From positions 20,593 through 84,592 of the IMG/VR virus record IMGVR_UViG_3300036770_003738: DNA of 64,000 nucleotides; one strand, given 5' to 3'. The position numbers and the translations under genes were made by a program. Below the pieces are notes generated by a model. It was not told where the DNA came from, did not search any database, and saw nothing but the letters and a program-made list of their open reading frames with translations. Of this stretch, positions 1 through 9,389 are shown in pieces. The first letter of the stretch is position 1, and every line of letters starts with the position of its first letter. The DNA comes from a virus.

Positions 1-2
1 CA

Positions 3-302
3 ATGGGCAACCTGATTAAAACTCTGTTGCAAAGCGGTGTTAAATTAGGCGTTTCAAGCCGTGGCTCTGGTAATGTAGACGACAGAACAGGACATGTAAG
101 TGACTTCGAAATAGTCACTATAGATGTGGTTGCCCAACCCAGCGCACCCAATGCCTATCCTACAGCTATCTATGAAGGTTTGCTCAACATGAAGCATGGT
201 CATAGAGTGTTGGAAATGGCTCGAGAGACTGGACAAAGCGACAAAGTGCAAAGATATCTGAAGGACGAAGTAAAACGTCTTATCAGAGATCTTAAAATCT
301 AA
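3..302 (+). CDS. gp21: Prohead core protease, T4 gp21-like (5'-truncated by window edge)
   Basis: KLGVSSRGSG catalytic-Ser motif and DVVAQPSAPNAYP motif; lies immediately upstream of the scaffold and major capsid genes. Confidence 0.93.
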   Translation: MGNLIKTLLQSGVKLGVSSRGSGNVDDRTGHVSDFEIVTIDVVAQPSAPNAYPTAIYEGLLNMKHGHRVLEMARETGQSDKVQRYLKDEVKRLIRDLKI

Positions 303-314
303 GGAGAACCAGGC

Positions 315-1403
315 ATGTTTGATGCTATTAAACCATTGCTAGATAGCGGCCTGATTAACGAAGACGTTAGCCGAGAACTCAACGAAGCTTGGGATCAAAA
401 GTTAAACGAAGCTCGTGAATCAGTTCGTGCAGAACTACGTGAGGAGTTTGCACAACGCTATGAGCATGATAAGTCAGTCATGGTCGAAGCCCTAGATAAG
501 ATGGTAACAGATGGTCTTGCAAGTGAGATTCAAGCTGTGGCTGCTGAAAAGCGTGCCTTGGCTGAAGATCGTGTTAAGTTCCAAAGCAAAATGAAAGAGT
601 CAGCACAGAAGTTTAACGGCTTCCTAGTGACCAAGCTTGCTGAAGAAATTAGCGAACTGCGCAAAGATCGTAAAATGCACGCCGAAGGCCTCGAAAAGCT
701 TGAGGGTTTCGTTGTGCATGCTCTAGCTAAAGAAATTCAAGAATTTGCTCAAGACAAGCGTGAAGTAGTTGAAACTAAGGTTAAATTAGTTCGCGAAGCA
801 CGTAGCAAGCTTGAAACTCTAAAAGCACGTTTCGTAAAAGAATCTGCAGAGAAAATGAGCAGAGCTGTTAGCCAACATCTAAAGGCAGAACTTACACAAT
901 TGCACGAAGACGTCAAGATTGCTCGTGAGAACAATTTTGGTCGTCGTATCTTTGAAGCATACGCAGCTGAATTTGGTGCAACTCATCTCAATGAGAAAGC
1001 CGAAGTCAAGAAGCTGTATAGTTTGCTAGATAACAAAGATCGTCAGTTGGCAGAAGCAATTGAACTCACTGAGAAGGCAAAAGTTCTCATTGAGAACAAA
1101 GAGCGCGAAATGCGTATGATCAAGGAATCCAATGCTCGTCAAACAGCTATGGATGAATTGCTTGCACCTCTAAACAAGGAAAAAGCAGAAGTCATGCGTA
1201 ATTTGCTAGAAAGCGTCCAGACTCCTCGTCTGAAAAACGCATTTGAGAAATATCTACCAGCAGTGCTGGAAGATCGTTCAGCGAAAGCTACAAAAGTGAT
1301 CGCAGAATCGGTAACCGCAGTTACTGGAGATAAAACTGTTCCAAGTAGTCCACAGGAAGAACGCAGCAATGTGATCGACCTCAAGCGCCTGGCAGGGTTA
1401 TAA
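315..1403 (+). CDS. gp22: Prohead core scaffolding protein, T4 gp22-like
   Basis: Glu/Lys-rich coiled-coil protein between gp21 and gp23; AAGGAG SD. Confidence 0.85.
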   Translation: MFDAIKPLLDSGLINEDVSRELNEAWDQKLNEARESVRAELREEFAQRYEHDKSVMVEALDKMVTDGLASEIQAVAAEKRALAEDRVKFQSKMKESAQKFNGFLVTKLAEEISELRKDRKMHAEGLEKLEGFVVHALAKEIQEFAQDKREVVETKVKLVREARSKLETLKARFVKESAEKMSRAVSQHLKAELTQLHEDVKIARENNFGRRIFEAYAAEFGATHLNEKAEVKKLYSLLDNKDRQLAEAIELTEKAKVLIENKEREMRMIKESNARQTAMDELLAPLNKEKAEVMRNLLESVQTPRLKNAFEKYLPAVLEDRSAKATKVIAESVTAVTGDKTVPSSPQEERSNVIDLKRLAGL

Positions 1404-1423
1404 AATTTTTATAGGAGACTTAA

Positions 1424-2620
1424 ATGTCACAAGAACTATTAGAAAGCCGCTGGGGCGAGACCAAAGAAGCTCTGCTTGAAGGTCTGAATGGCACCAAGCG
1501 CAACAGCATGGGTGTTATCCTTGAAAACACTCGTAAGTACTTGAAGGAAAACGCTTCCGCAGGTAGCACAGCAGCTGGCAACATTGCCACTCTGAACCGT
1601 GTGATTCTGCCAGTTATCCGACGTGTAATGCCAACCGTTATTGCTAACGAGTTGGTTGGTGTTCAGCCAATGACTGGACCAGTTGGTCAAATCCACACTC
1701 TGCGTGTGCGTTATGCCCAAAACTTGACAGACTCTTCTGCTGCTGCAACTAGCGTTTCAGCTGGCGAAGAAGCTTTGAGCCCATTCAAGATTGCTACTGC
1801 TTATTCTACAGTGCCTCAGGCAACTGCTACAGCTAGCAGCTATACTGGCGGTTCTACTGCTAGCATGGAAGGTACTGGCGGTAAGCAAATTTCCGTTCAG
1901 ATCTTGAAGCAAGCTGTTGAAGCTAAGACTCGTAAGTTACAAGCTCGTTGGACTTTTGAATCTGCTCAAGACGCTCAAGCTATGCACGGTATTGACGTAG
2001 AAGCTGAAATCATGGCCGCTCTGGCACAAGAAATTACAGCTGAAATTGACCAGGAGATTCTCCTGTCCCTACGTTCTTTAGCTGCTACTGAGTTCACATA
2101 CAACCAAGCTACCGTTTCTGGTACTGCTACATTCGTTGGTGACGAACACGCTGCTCTAGCTGTTCTGATCAACCGTGTTGCTAACTTGATCGCCCAACGT
2201 ACTCGTCGTGGCGCTGGTAACTACGCTGTTGTTTCTTCAGCTGCTTTGACTGTTCTACAGTCTGCAACTACTTCTGCTTTTGCTCGTACCACAGAAGGTA
2301 CTTTCGAAGCTCCTACAAACACCAAGTTCGTTGGTACCCTAAACGGTTCTATGCGTGTGTTTGTTGACTCTTACGCCAGCGACACAACTCCTGTGTTGGT
2401 TGGTTATAAAGGTTCTAGCGAAGCTGACGCTCCAGCATTCTACTGCCCATACATCCCATTGATGAGCAGCGGTGTTGTTCTGGATCCGTCTACTTTCGAA
2501 CCAGTCGTGAGCTTCATGACTCGTTATGGTTACATCGAATTGACCAACACTGCTAGCAGCTTCGGCAACGCTGGCGACTATGTTGGTGAGATCGCTGTGT
2601 CTAACCTGTCTTTCAGCTAA
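1424..2620 (+). CDS. gp23: Major capsid protein, T4 gp23-like
   Basis: LVGVQPMTGPVGQIHTLR, VEAKTRKLQARWT, AQDAQAMHGID, FYCPYIPL, FMTRYG motifs; AGGAGA SD. Confidence 0.98.
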   Translation: MSQELLESRWGETKEALLEGLNGTKRNSMGVILENTRKYLKENASAGSTAAGNIATLNRVILPVIRRVMPTVIANELVGVQPMTGPVGQIHTLRVRYAQNLTDSSAAATSVSAGEEALSPFKIATAYSTVPQATATASSYTGGSTASMEGTGGKQISVQILKQAVEAKTRKLQARWTFESAQDAQAMHGIDVEAEIMAALAQEITAEIDQEILLSLRSLAATEFTYNQATVSGTATFVGDEHAALAVLINRVANLIAQRTRRGAGNYAVVSSAALTVLQSATTSAFARTTEGTFEAPTNTKFVGTLNGSMRVFVDSYASDTTPVLVGYKGSSEADAPAFYCPYIPLMSSGVVLDPSTFEPVVSFMTRYGYIELTNTASSFGNAGDYVGEIAVSNLSFS

Positions 2621-2644
2621 TCAACCAGCTGGATCACAAAATCC

Positions 2645-2668
2645 AAAAGGCCCTTCGGGGCCTTTTTT
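2645..2668 (+). terminator. Rho-independent terminator after gp23 with cUUCGg tetraloop
   Basis: AAAAGGCCC-TTCG-GGGCCTTTTTT. Confidence 0.93.
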
Positions 2669-2674
2669 ACTGGC

Positions 2675-2680
2675 TAAGTA
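2675..2680 (+). promoter_or_regulatory. Late promoter variant TAAGTA
   Basis: TAAGTA just after the terminator and 5 nt before the ATG at 2686; same geometry as the TAAATA sites elsewhere. Confidence 0.55.
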
Positions 2681-2685
2681 TTTTA

Positions 2686-3618
2686 ATGATAGAATTTTTA
2701 GATCCTAGTCGCTTTTATACTAACAGACAGTATCTGACACAGTGGTTTTCTGAAGATACATTGTGTATTACAGATAACGATTTTGAAAACATAGAGCACA
2801 CAAAAACTCTGTTGAACAAACACGCTAACCCCAATCGCATACTTGACATCACACACAATCCGTGGGTAGATAGCAGAGTGCCATTGTCTATTACACCGGT
2901 GTTGACTAACAACTATGAGTTCTTTTATCGGCCACAATCTGGGGTCCGTTTCTTTCCGCTATTCTTGTGGATGTACAGTTTGAGAAATTCCTTGTGGTGG
3001 AACACATTTTGCTTTGATCAATCTGCTGACAAAACACAAGGCCTCATGTGTTTGAACAACAGACCAAGACCACACAGAACTCAAGTATGGGCAGAGTTCA
3101 ATCGCCGAGGTATCATTGATCAGTGTATATTCAGTTTTACTGAACCAGAGCATCATGAAAAAGATCAGTACTCATATCCTTATCCTTTGAATATTACTGG
3201 TGAACATTTTGATCCCACTAGAAACGACATAGGTGTCGGACACTCAGTTTATAGAGATTGTGCTGTGAACTTGACGACAGAAACAGCAACAGACTTGGCC
3301 TACATCAGTGAAAAAACCTGCAAGACATTTGTGGCCAGACAAATCCCTGTGTTGATTGGCAGTGCGGGAATCAACCAGTTCTTGTCTGATATAGGGCTTG
3401 ACATGTTTTCTGATCTTGTGCCTTGGACCACTTGGGACAACGAAACTGATGATCGTGTTCGAGTGCTGAAGATTGTGGATTTTGTGGAGTCATGGTTGCG
3501 TTCAGGGACCATGCTAGCAGACTATCGCCGTGTACTGCCCAGGGTGGAAGCTAACAAACGCTACTTTCACAGCGAAGCATTTAGAAATCGCATCATGACG
3601 CAGATGGATTCAATCTAA
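2686..3618 (+). CDS. Putative glycosyltransferase-like protein (GT10/GT-B-like C-terminus); paralog of 28715..29785
   Basis: NLTTET...YISEKT...P...GLDMF segment resembles the GT10 'EN...YITEK' motif. Confidence 0.45.
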   Translation: MIEFLDPSRFYTNRQYLTQWFSEDTLCITDNDFENIEHTKTLLNKHANPNRILDITHNPWVDSRVPLSITPVLTNNYEFFYRPQSGVRFFPLFLWMYSLRNSLWWNTFCFDQSADKTQGLMCLNNRPRPHRTQVWAEFNRRGIIDQCIFSFTEPEHHEKDQYSYPYPLNITGEHFDPTRNDIGVGHSVYRDCAVNLTTETATDLAYISEKTCKTFVARQIPVLIGSAGINQFLSDIGLDMFSDLVPWTTWDNETDDRVRVLKIVDFVESWLRSGTMLADYRRVLPRVEANKRYFHSEAFRNRIMTQMDSI

Positions 3619-3737
3619 GTCAGATGAAAGCCCTAACATCCAGGCAGGTCAGTCCAGGAGTAGTTAGGGCCAATAATATAGTTTAACGACCTTGCTAATA
3701 TAGTATCTTATATTGGATACATAGTTATTATAGCAAG

Positions 3738-4886
3738 TTATACCTTGTACCACGAGAGATATTGGGTGATTTTTTCAGTCACACTTGTCCAGTCTCCTCT
3801 AACAGGTTGTCTGAACAATCGTGCGCTCACATACCAAGGGCTAGAATCCCGACCCAACAACCAGCGCCAGTCTGTAGCATAGGCATTGAGCATGAGCCAA
3901 GCAGGACGGCCTAGCGCACCTGCGAGATGCGTAATAGCAGTGTCCACGCTGATCACCACATCTAGGTTCATCATGAGTGCAGCAGTGTCAGCAAAGCTTT
4001 GCACAGCACCAGGATAACGACTTACACCGGCGTCAGCTAGTGCTTGTTCTTCTTCAGGCTCGGCATCTATTTGTAGGTTGATCCACTCGTATTGCGGATT
4101 CTTCCGGATCATGTCTAGCATGGTTTTAAAAGGCACACTCTTGTGTTGATTCAACCATGAATCACGACGCCCGCTCCAGCTAAAGCCTACACGCATGCGA
4201 GTTTTTGGGCCTAGCTTTTGTTGCCATACCCGTACTTGATTAGCATCTGCGTTCAAATAGCTTTGTACCTGAGGCAAGTTTTCTACGGTAACACCTAGTA
4301 TGCCCGGGATGCTCATAATAGGAACCCAGGTATCAAACTCCCCAGGATCGTCTAAGTAAGTGCCAGTCCAGGCAATTATATCACTACGTCCTAGCAACGG
4401 TACTAGCCCGTCTGTGACTTGTAGTTTGATACGAGCACCCATCTGATGCAAGTTGTAGATGAATCTTGAAAACTGAATGTTGTCTCCATGACCTTGTTCA
4501 CCTACAACCAAGATTGTTTGGCCTTGCAAGCTTTCTCCGCGCCAACGAGGTTGCGAGTGCCGAGGTTCAGTACCAGCTAAGTGTTCGTACTCCCAACGAG
4601 TTTCGTAAGCTGGCCACCCTTGTTTGTAATCTCCTAACAACAAATGACACACAGCTAGATTGAAACGTGCAGTGATGTTTTTTGGATCTAGTACAGCAGC
4701 ATGTTGCAAAAACGGAACGGCTCTGTTTGGATAGCCTAGTTCGCGCATGACATTGCCGTAGTTGTTGAATGCTGCAGCCGAATCGGGATCTTGCACAAAT
4801 GCCATTGCATAGCATTGCAGTGCCTTTTCGGGTTGTTGTGCAGCACGAAGCTGATTGCCTTGTTCGATTAGTTCGTTGGAATTCAT
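3738..4886 (-). CDS. TPR-repeat glycosyltransferase (GT9/heptosyltransferase-like C-terminal domain)
   Basis: N-terminal TPRs (AFNNYGNVMRELG, ARFNLAVCHLLLGDY); EQGHGDNIQF, VDTAITHLAGALG, DWRW, WY-S-RLFRQ motifs; start reassigned to the ATG at 4886, 4 nt after a minus-strand TAAATA. Confidence 0.85.
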   Translation of the reverse strand: MNSNELIEQGNQLRAAQQPEKALQCYAMAFVQDPDSAAAFNNYGNVMRELGYPNRAVPFLQHAAVLDPKNITARFNLAVCHLLLGDYKQGWPAYETRWEYEHLAGTEPRHSQPRWRGESLQGQTILVVGEQGHGDNIQFSRFIYNLHQMGARIKLQVTDGLVPLLGRSDIIAWTGTYLDDPGEFDTWVPIMSIPGILGVTVENLPQVQSYLNADANQVRVWQQKLGPKTRMRVGFSWSGRRDSWLNQHKSVPFKTMLDMIRKNPQYEWINLQIDAEPEEEQALADAGVSRYPGAVQSFADTAALMMNLDVVISVDTAITHLAGALGRPAWLMLNAYATDWRWLLGRDSSPWYVSARLFRQPVRGDWTSVTEKITQYLSWYKV

Positions 4887-4890
4887 CAAG

Positions 4891-4934
4891 TATTTAAGGG
4901 GTGCAAAACACAGTCTAGACATTTTTGCTAAATA
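4891..4934. promoter_or_regulatory. Divergent late promoters: TAAATA (-) 4891-4896 and TAAATA (+) 4929-4934
   Basis: Core of the T4-type late promoter upstream of both divergent genes. Confidence 0.7.
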
Positions 4935-4998
4935 TCTAGTCCGCAATACTGCGGCTTATGCTGAGATTAATACCCACAGCGTAGCGACTAGAACTCGC
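4935..4998 (+). ncRNA. Candidate structured cis-regulatory RNA in the 5' leader of 5024..5728
   Basis: Helices CCGCA/TGCGG, TTATGCTG/CAGCGTAG, and the alternatives TCTAGTC/GACTAGA versus GCGA/TCGC. Confidence 0.45.
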
Positions 4999-5023
4999 AG
5001 ACTTATTACAAGGAAACAAACAA

Positions 5024-5728
5024 ATGGGTCGTCCTCTAAAAATCAAAAAATCTACTACCAGTGACATTGGTTTCAATCCGTTTAGCGCATTAACTAACCC
5101 GGTGTATCCATCTGATCCTACTGTGTTCGATGGTACAGAATATCTTGGCGTGGTTGGCGGTGCAAATGCCAACGTAGCGTCTGCTGCGTATCCAGTGGTC
5201 AAGTGTCGTGCTTTTATCACCGGTACAGGGGCAGAAGATGATGCTTACATCATTACACAAAAAGGTACTATTAAGTATCAAGTGGCTACAGTGACCGCAG
5301 TGGCTGACGAAGATCTTGTAGCAGGCCAAGCTTATCGAATTTTAACAGTAGGCACAACCGACTGGGTAGCGTGTGGTGCAAGCGATTCCAACGCTGCAAT
5401 CGGTGATATCTTTACTGCAACAGCAGCAGGTTCAGGCACAGGTACTGCTCAAGCAGTCGGCACATGCATTTTGGCCAATGAAGCTGATTCTGCACTAACC
5501 GAAGGCAACATGAACATTACTTTCAGCACTGGCGACAGTACTGCTCAGTTGATCAGCCGTCTGACCAACAAGTTTGCACTAGACTACAGCACACCGCCAG
5601 TTCGCTATGCTGTAAACTTCTTCAGTGACGAAGGTTACGAAATCAAGAGCGGAACCACTGGTGCAACCAACGTTTCGGGACAGCAAAACCAAGTCAGCTT
5701 GGCGATTGTAGAGAACTTTACATCGTAA
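5024..5728 (+). CDS. Hypothetical virion structural protein
   Basis: Late promoter, AAGGA SD, Thr/Ala/Gly-rich beta-type composition. Confidence 0.6.
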   Translation: MGRPLKIKKSTTSDIGFNPFSALTNPVYPSDPTVFDGTEYLGVVGGANANVASAAYPVVKCRAFITGTGAEDDAYIITQKGTIKYQVATVTAVADEDLVAGQAYRILTVGTTDWVACGASDSNAAIGDIFTATAAGSGTGTAQAVGTCILANEADSALTEGNMNITFSTGDSTAQLISRLTNKFALDYSTPPVRYAVNFFSDEGYEIKSGTTGATNVSGQQNQVSLAIVENFTS

Positions 5729-5742
5729 TATCTCAAACCCTC

Positions 5743-5777
5743 AAATCCTCTCAGCTACATACTGGGAGGATTTTTTT
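5743..5777 (+). terminator. Rho-independent terminator; the loop carries a late-promoter-like TACATA
   Basis: AAATCCTCTCAG-CTACATA-CTGGGAGGATTT followed by a T-run. Confidence 0.75.
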
Positions 5778-6365
5778 ATGAGCAGAGCATTTGTATTGGG
5801 CAACGGAATCAGCCGTCAAGGTCTGGACTTAGAACTACTAAAACAGTTAGGGCAAGTTTACGGTTGCAACGCAATCTGTAGAGAGTTTGTGCCAAATGTG
5901 TTGGTCAGCACAGACACTCCGATTAGCAAAAGCATACAAGAATCAGGGTATTCTCAGCAGCACATGATGTATACTAGAAAACCATTGCCTGCATTGGGTG
6001 CTCGCAGAATACCACAAGAATATTATGGGTATAGTTCGGGACCTGCAGCAGTTGGGATAGCAGCAATTGACCGTAATGCTGCAATATATCTAATAGGTTT
6101 TGATATGGGCCCAACTACTACTGGTAAATTTAATAACGTCTATGCGGACTCGGAGTTTTATAAAGCTAGTTCAGCTCCTCCTACCTTTACAGGCAATTGG
6201 GCTACTCAAATAGTAAAAATTTGTCGAGATTTTCCCAAAATAAAATTCATTAGGGTCGTAGGGAAAACTACTGCAGAAATTGCTGCACTAACTAACATAC
6301 CCAATTTGTATCATATGCCAATTGAAGACTTCCTAAACAGAATAAATAACACAAAGGAACTCTAA
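5778..6365 (+). CDS. Maf/DUF115 (MptE-like) putative glycosyltransferase
   Basis: AFVLGNGIS, YGCNA, SSG, IYLIGFD motifs typical of the Maf/sialyltransferase-like fold. Confidence 0.6.
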   Translation: MSRAFVLGNGISRQGLDLELLKQLGQVYGCNAICREFVPNVLVSTDTPISKSIQESGYSQQHMMYTRKPLPALGARRIPQEYYGYSSGPAAVGIAAIDRNAAIYLIGFDMGPTTTGKFNNVYADSEFYKASSAPPTFTGNWATQIVKICRDFPKIKFIRVVGKTTAEIAALTNIPNLYHMPIEDFLNRINNTKEL

Positions 6366-9332
6366 ATGTCTATCTATAAGCGTGTCAGTGGGAATCTTGT
6401 TGTTCAAACCATAGGTAATACAGATTCAATCACTTTTCAAGGCGCAAGCGCCAACACTGCCACGGTGGTTATCGATGGCAACTTAACCGTAACTGGCAAT
6501 GCATCGCTGACAGGCAACATTGCAGGCGACAAAATCTTTAACGGCACTACTAGTATTGAAATACCTACGTCAAATGGCAACGCAAATATTAGCGTAGGTG
6601 GTGTGTCTAATGTCTTTGTAACTACTTCAACAGGTGTTGAAGTAGCCGGTACTGCAAGTGCAACCGGCAACGTTACAGGTGGCAATATTGTCACATCAGG
6701 ACAAGTTACAGCAACTGATACAGTCACTGGCGGCAACATTACTACGCCGGGTAACATTAATCTAATTAGAGCTTCGACCGCTACAACAACTCCAATCCTT
6801 CGATTTACAGATTCTAATACTGCAGTTACTAGTTTAGGTTCAAACATTGGTGCAGTCGAATGGTATGTATCTGACCCAACTGGTGCAGGTGCCCGCGTTA
6901 CTGCTGCCGTTAAAGCAGTGTACGCCGATGGCTCAGGCAATGCAAATATTCTAATACAAACTGCTAGTGGTGCTAGTCTAACTAATCGAATAGTAGTATT
7001 AGGAGACACCGGCAACGTTGGTGTTGCTAACAGTGCTCCTTTGCATGGGTTTGCAGTGTCAGGGACTATGTATGGATCTAGTACACTTGACGTAGTAGGC
7101 AACGTAGCAGGCGGTAATATATCTACAGCTGGTCTAGTAACTGCTGGCGGCAATGTAACTGGCGCCAACGTGTTCACTGCAGGGGTGGTTAGTGCAGGTG
7201 GCAATATTACTGGCGCTAACATTAGCGTAGCTGGCGGCGTAATAGGTGGCGCTGGCGGAGTAAGTGTAACTGGTAACGTCACCGGCGGTAACTTAATCAT
7301 TAACGGCACTATGAGTGCGTCAGGTAACTTAGCCACAACAGATATCACTGCAACCACCCTGAATGCTACTGGCAATATCACCGGCGGAAATATAAAAACA
7401 CTAGGCATTAGCAATGTTGGTACTAGCATCGTTACAGGAACACAAACAGTAATTGGTAATATCACTGGTGCAAACGTTAACGCTGGCATTGTATCAGCCA
7501 CGGGCAACGTTGACAGCTTGAACGTTAATACCGGTCTAGTATCAGCAACAGGTAACATTATATCTGCACCTGGCGGCTACTTTGTTGGCGACGGCGGCTA
7601 CCTAAGCAACATCACGGTAGTATCAAACGTGTCTGTAACACAGTTGGCCAGCGGAACCACAAACTGGACCATTCGCGGTTCAGGCGGCAATATTACTGCA
7701 GATATTGGCGGCGCATCAAACACAGTTGTGTTTTACGGTGGCGGCGTTGACATTACTGGTGCGTTTAGTGCAGTAGGCAACGTCACAGGCGGAAACATCA
7801 ACACAGGTGGGTTAGTATCAGCAACCGGAAACATTATAGGCGGCAATATTAGCGGCGCAACTGGTACCTTTACTACAGTTATTGGTGCAGCAAACGCTAC
7901 TAATTTAACGTCTGGCATTGTACCAAGTGATCGATTAATCGGCCAATATACTATTGATATTAATGGTAACTCAGTGATTGCTAATACTGTGGCTACAGCA
8001 GCACAGCCCAACATCACTAGCGTTGGTATATTAACAAGTTTGAGCGTTTCAGGAAACGTAGTTGGCGGAAACATCAACACCGCCGGTTTGGTTAGTGCAA
8101 CCGGTAACGTACGAGGTGGAAACATTACTACCGCTGGTGCAGTTAGTGCAACTGGTGCAATTACCGGCGCTGCAATTTCTGGTACAACCATCTCTGGTTC
8201 AGGCAATGTAACAGGCGCCAATATCAATACAGCTGGATTGGTGTCGGCTACCGGCAACGTCAATGGTGGTAATGTTAATACTACAGCACTAAGTTTGAGC
8301 GGCAACGTTATTTCGGCGCTAAATGCATCGAGTTCGATAACAGCTGGAACAACTGTAAGTGCCATTGGTAACGTCAGAGGCGGAAACGTTACTACTGGTG
8401 GCCAAATGTCAGCAACTGGCAATATTACAGGTAGTTACTTTATTGGTAACGGTAGTCAATTGTCAGGGATTGACGCTACAAGTATTCAAAACGGAACAAG
8501 CAATGTTCGTGTTGTAAGCTCTGGCGGCAATGTAGCAGTTGGAATCGGCGGAACATCCAATGTGGCTGTTTATGCAACCACCGGTCAATATGTTACAGGA
8601 TTGATTTCTGCAAGCGGCAACGTTACAGGTGCATATATCATTGGTAATGGTAGTCTGTTGTCAAGTATTACTGGTGCCAACGTTACAGGTACAGTAAGTA
8701 GTGCTACTACCGCAACCAGTGCAACATCAGCAACCACAGCAGGTACAGTAACCACAGCGGCACAGGGTAACATTACTAGTGTTGGCACCTTAACTAGTCT
8801 AGCAGTATCTGGTAATACCACTAGCGGTAATCTTAGTGTAAGCACTGGTACAGTTACTGTTGGCAATATTGTTAATGCAAACGGCAACGGAGTTGGTAAC
8901 GTTGGTAGTTCAACTACATATTTTAACACAGTATTTGCTAAAGCAACCAGCGCACAATATGCTGACTTGGCTGAAAAATTCCTAGCAGACCAGCCTTATC
9001 AGCCTGGTACAGTTCTAATATTTGGTGGCGAGTTAGAAGTTACAGAGTCAATGACCTATGCTGACCACAGAGTTGCTGGTGTAGTTTCTACAGATCCTAG
9101 TTACTTGATGAACGCCGGATTAGAAGGACAATACGCTGTGGAGCTAGCTTTGCAAGGTCGTGTGCCTTGTGCAGTCGAAGGCCCTGTAGAAAAAGGCGAC
9201 TTACTAGTATCTGCACCAAATGGTCGAGCAAGAGCAGCAAAATCTGCACAAGCTGGTACAATCATTGGTAAGAGTTTAGAAAACTTCAACGGTGCAGTTG
9301 GTACAATTGAAATCGTTGTAGGCCGCGATTAA
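6366..9332 (+). CDS. Tail fibre-like repeat protein (988 aa) with C-terminal YADLAE chaperone-like domain
   Basis: SATGN(V/I)xGGN(I/V) repeats; C-terminal YADLAE...GVVST-P...LQGRVPC...KGDLLVS...IIGKSLE; TAAATA at 6343-6348 and AAGGA SD. Confidence 0.8.
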   Translation: MSIYKRVSGNLVVQTIGNTDSITFQGASANTATVVIDGNLTVTGNASLTGNIAGDKIFNGTTSIEIPTSNGNANISVGGVSNVFVTTSTGVEVAGTASATGNVTGGNIVTSGQVTATDTVTGGNITTPGNINLIRASTATTTPILRFTDSNTAVTSLGSNIGAVEWYVSDPTGAGARVTAAVKAVYADGSGNANILIQTASGASLTNRIVVLGDTGNVGVANSAPLHGFAVSGTMYGSSTLDVVGNVAGGNISTAGLVTAGGNVTGANVFTAGVVSAGGNITGANISVAGGVIGGAGGVSVTGNVTGGNLIINGTMSASGNLATTDITATTLNATGNITGGNIKTLGISNVGTSIVTGTQTVIGNITGANVNAGIVSATGNVDSLNVNTGLVSATGNIISAPGGYFVGDGGYLSNITVVSNVSVTQLASGTTNWTIRGSGGNITADIGGASNTVVFYGGGVDITGAFSAVGNVTGGNINTGGLVSATGNIIGGNISGATGTFTTVIGAANATNLTSGIVPSDRLIGQYTIDINGNSVIANTVATAAQPNITSVGILTSLSVSGNVVGGNINTAGLVSATGNVRGGNITTAGAVSATGAITGAAISGTTISGSGNVTGANINTAGLVSATGNVNGGNVNTTALSLSGNVISALNASSSITAGTTVSAIGNVRGGNVTTGGQMSATGNITGSYFIGNGSQLSGIDATSIQNGTSNVRVVSSGGNVAVGIGGTSNVAVYATTGQYVTGLISASGNVTGAYIIGNGSLLSSITGANVTGTVSSATTATSATSATTAGTVTTAAQGNITSVGTLTSLAVSGNTTSGNLSVSTGTVTVGNIVNANGNGVGNVGSSTTYFNTVFAKATSAQYADLAEKFLADQPYQPGTVLIFGGELEVTESMTYADHRVAGVVSTDPSYLMNAGLEGQYAVELALQGRVPCAVEGPVEKGDLLVSAPNGRARAAKSAQAGTIIGKSLENFNGAVGTIEIVVGRD

Positions 9333-9343
9333 TAGCTAAAACC

Positions 9344-9389
9344 TAAATAGGCAACTCCTGGTAAATACACTAGATGACCAGGATTACCT
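9344..9389 (+). promoter_or_regulatory. Tandem late promoters (TAAATA 9344-9349 and 9362-9367) with an SD-sequestering hairpin
   Basis: TCCTGGT (9356-9362) pairs with ACCAGGA (9377-9383), which contains the AGGA SD. Confidence 0.65.

Noticed and set aside
3625-3690. AAGCCCTAA / GTTAGGGCC resemblance to a pistol ribozyme pseudoknot
   Set aside because: The element order is reversed and the other conserved pistol elements are not recognisable; kept only as a generic structured region.
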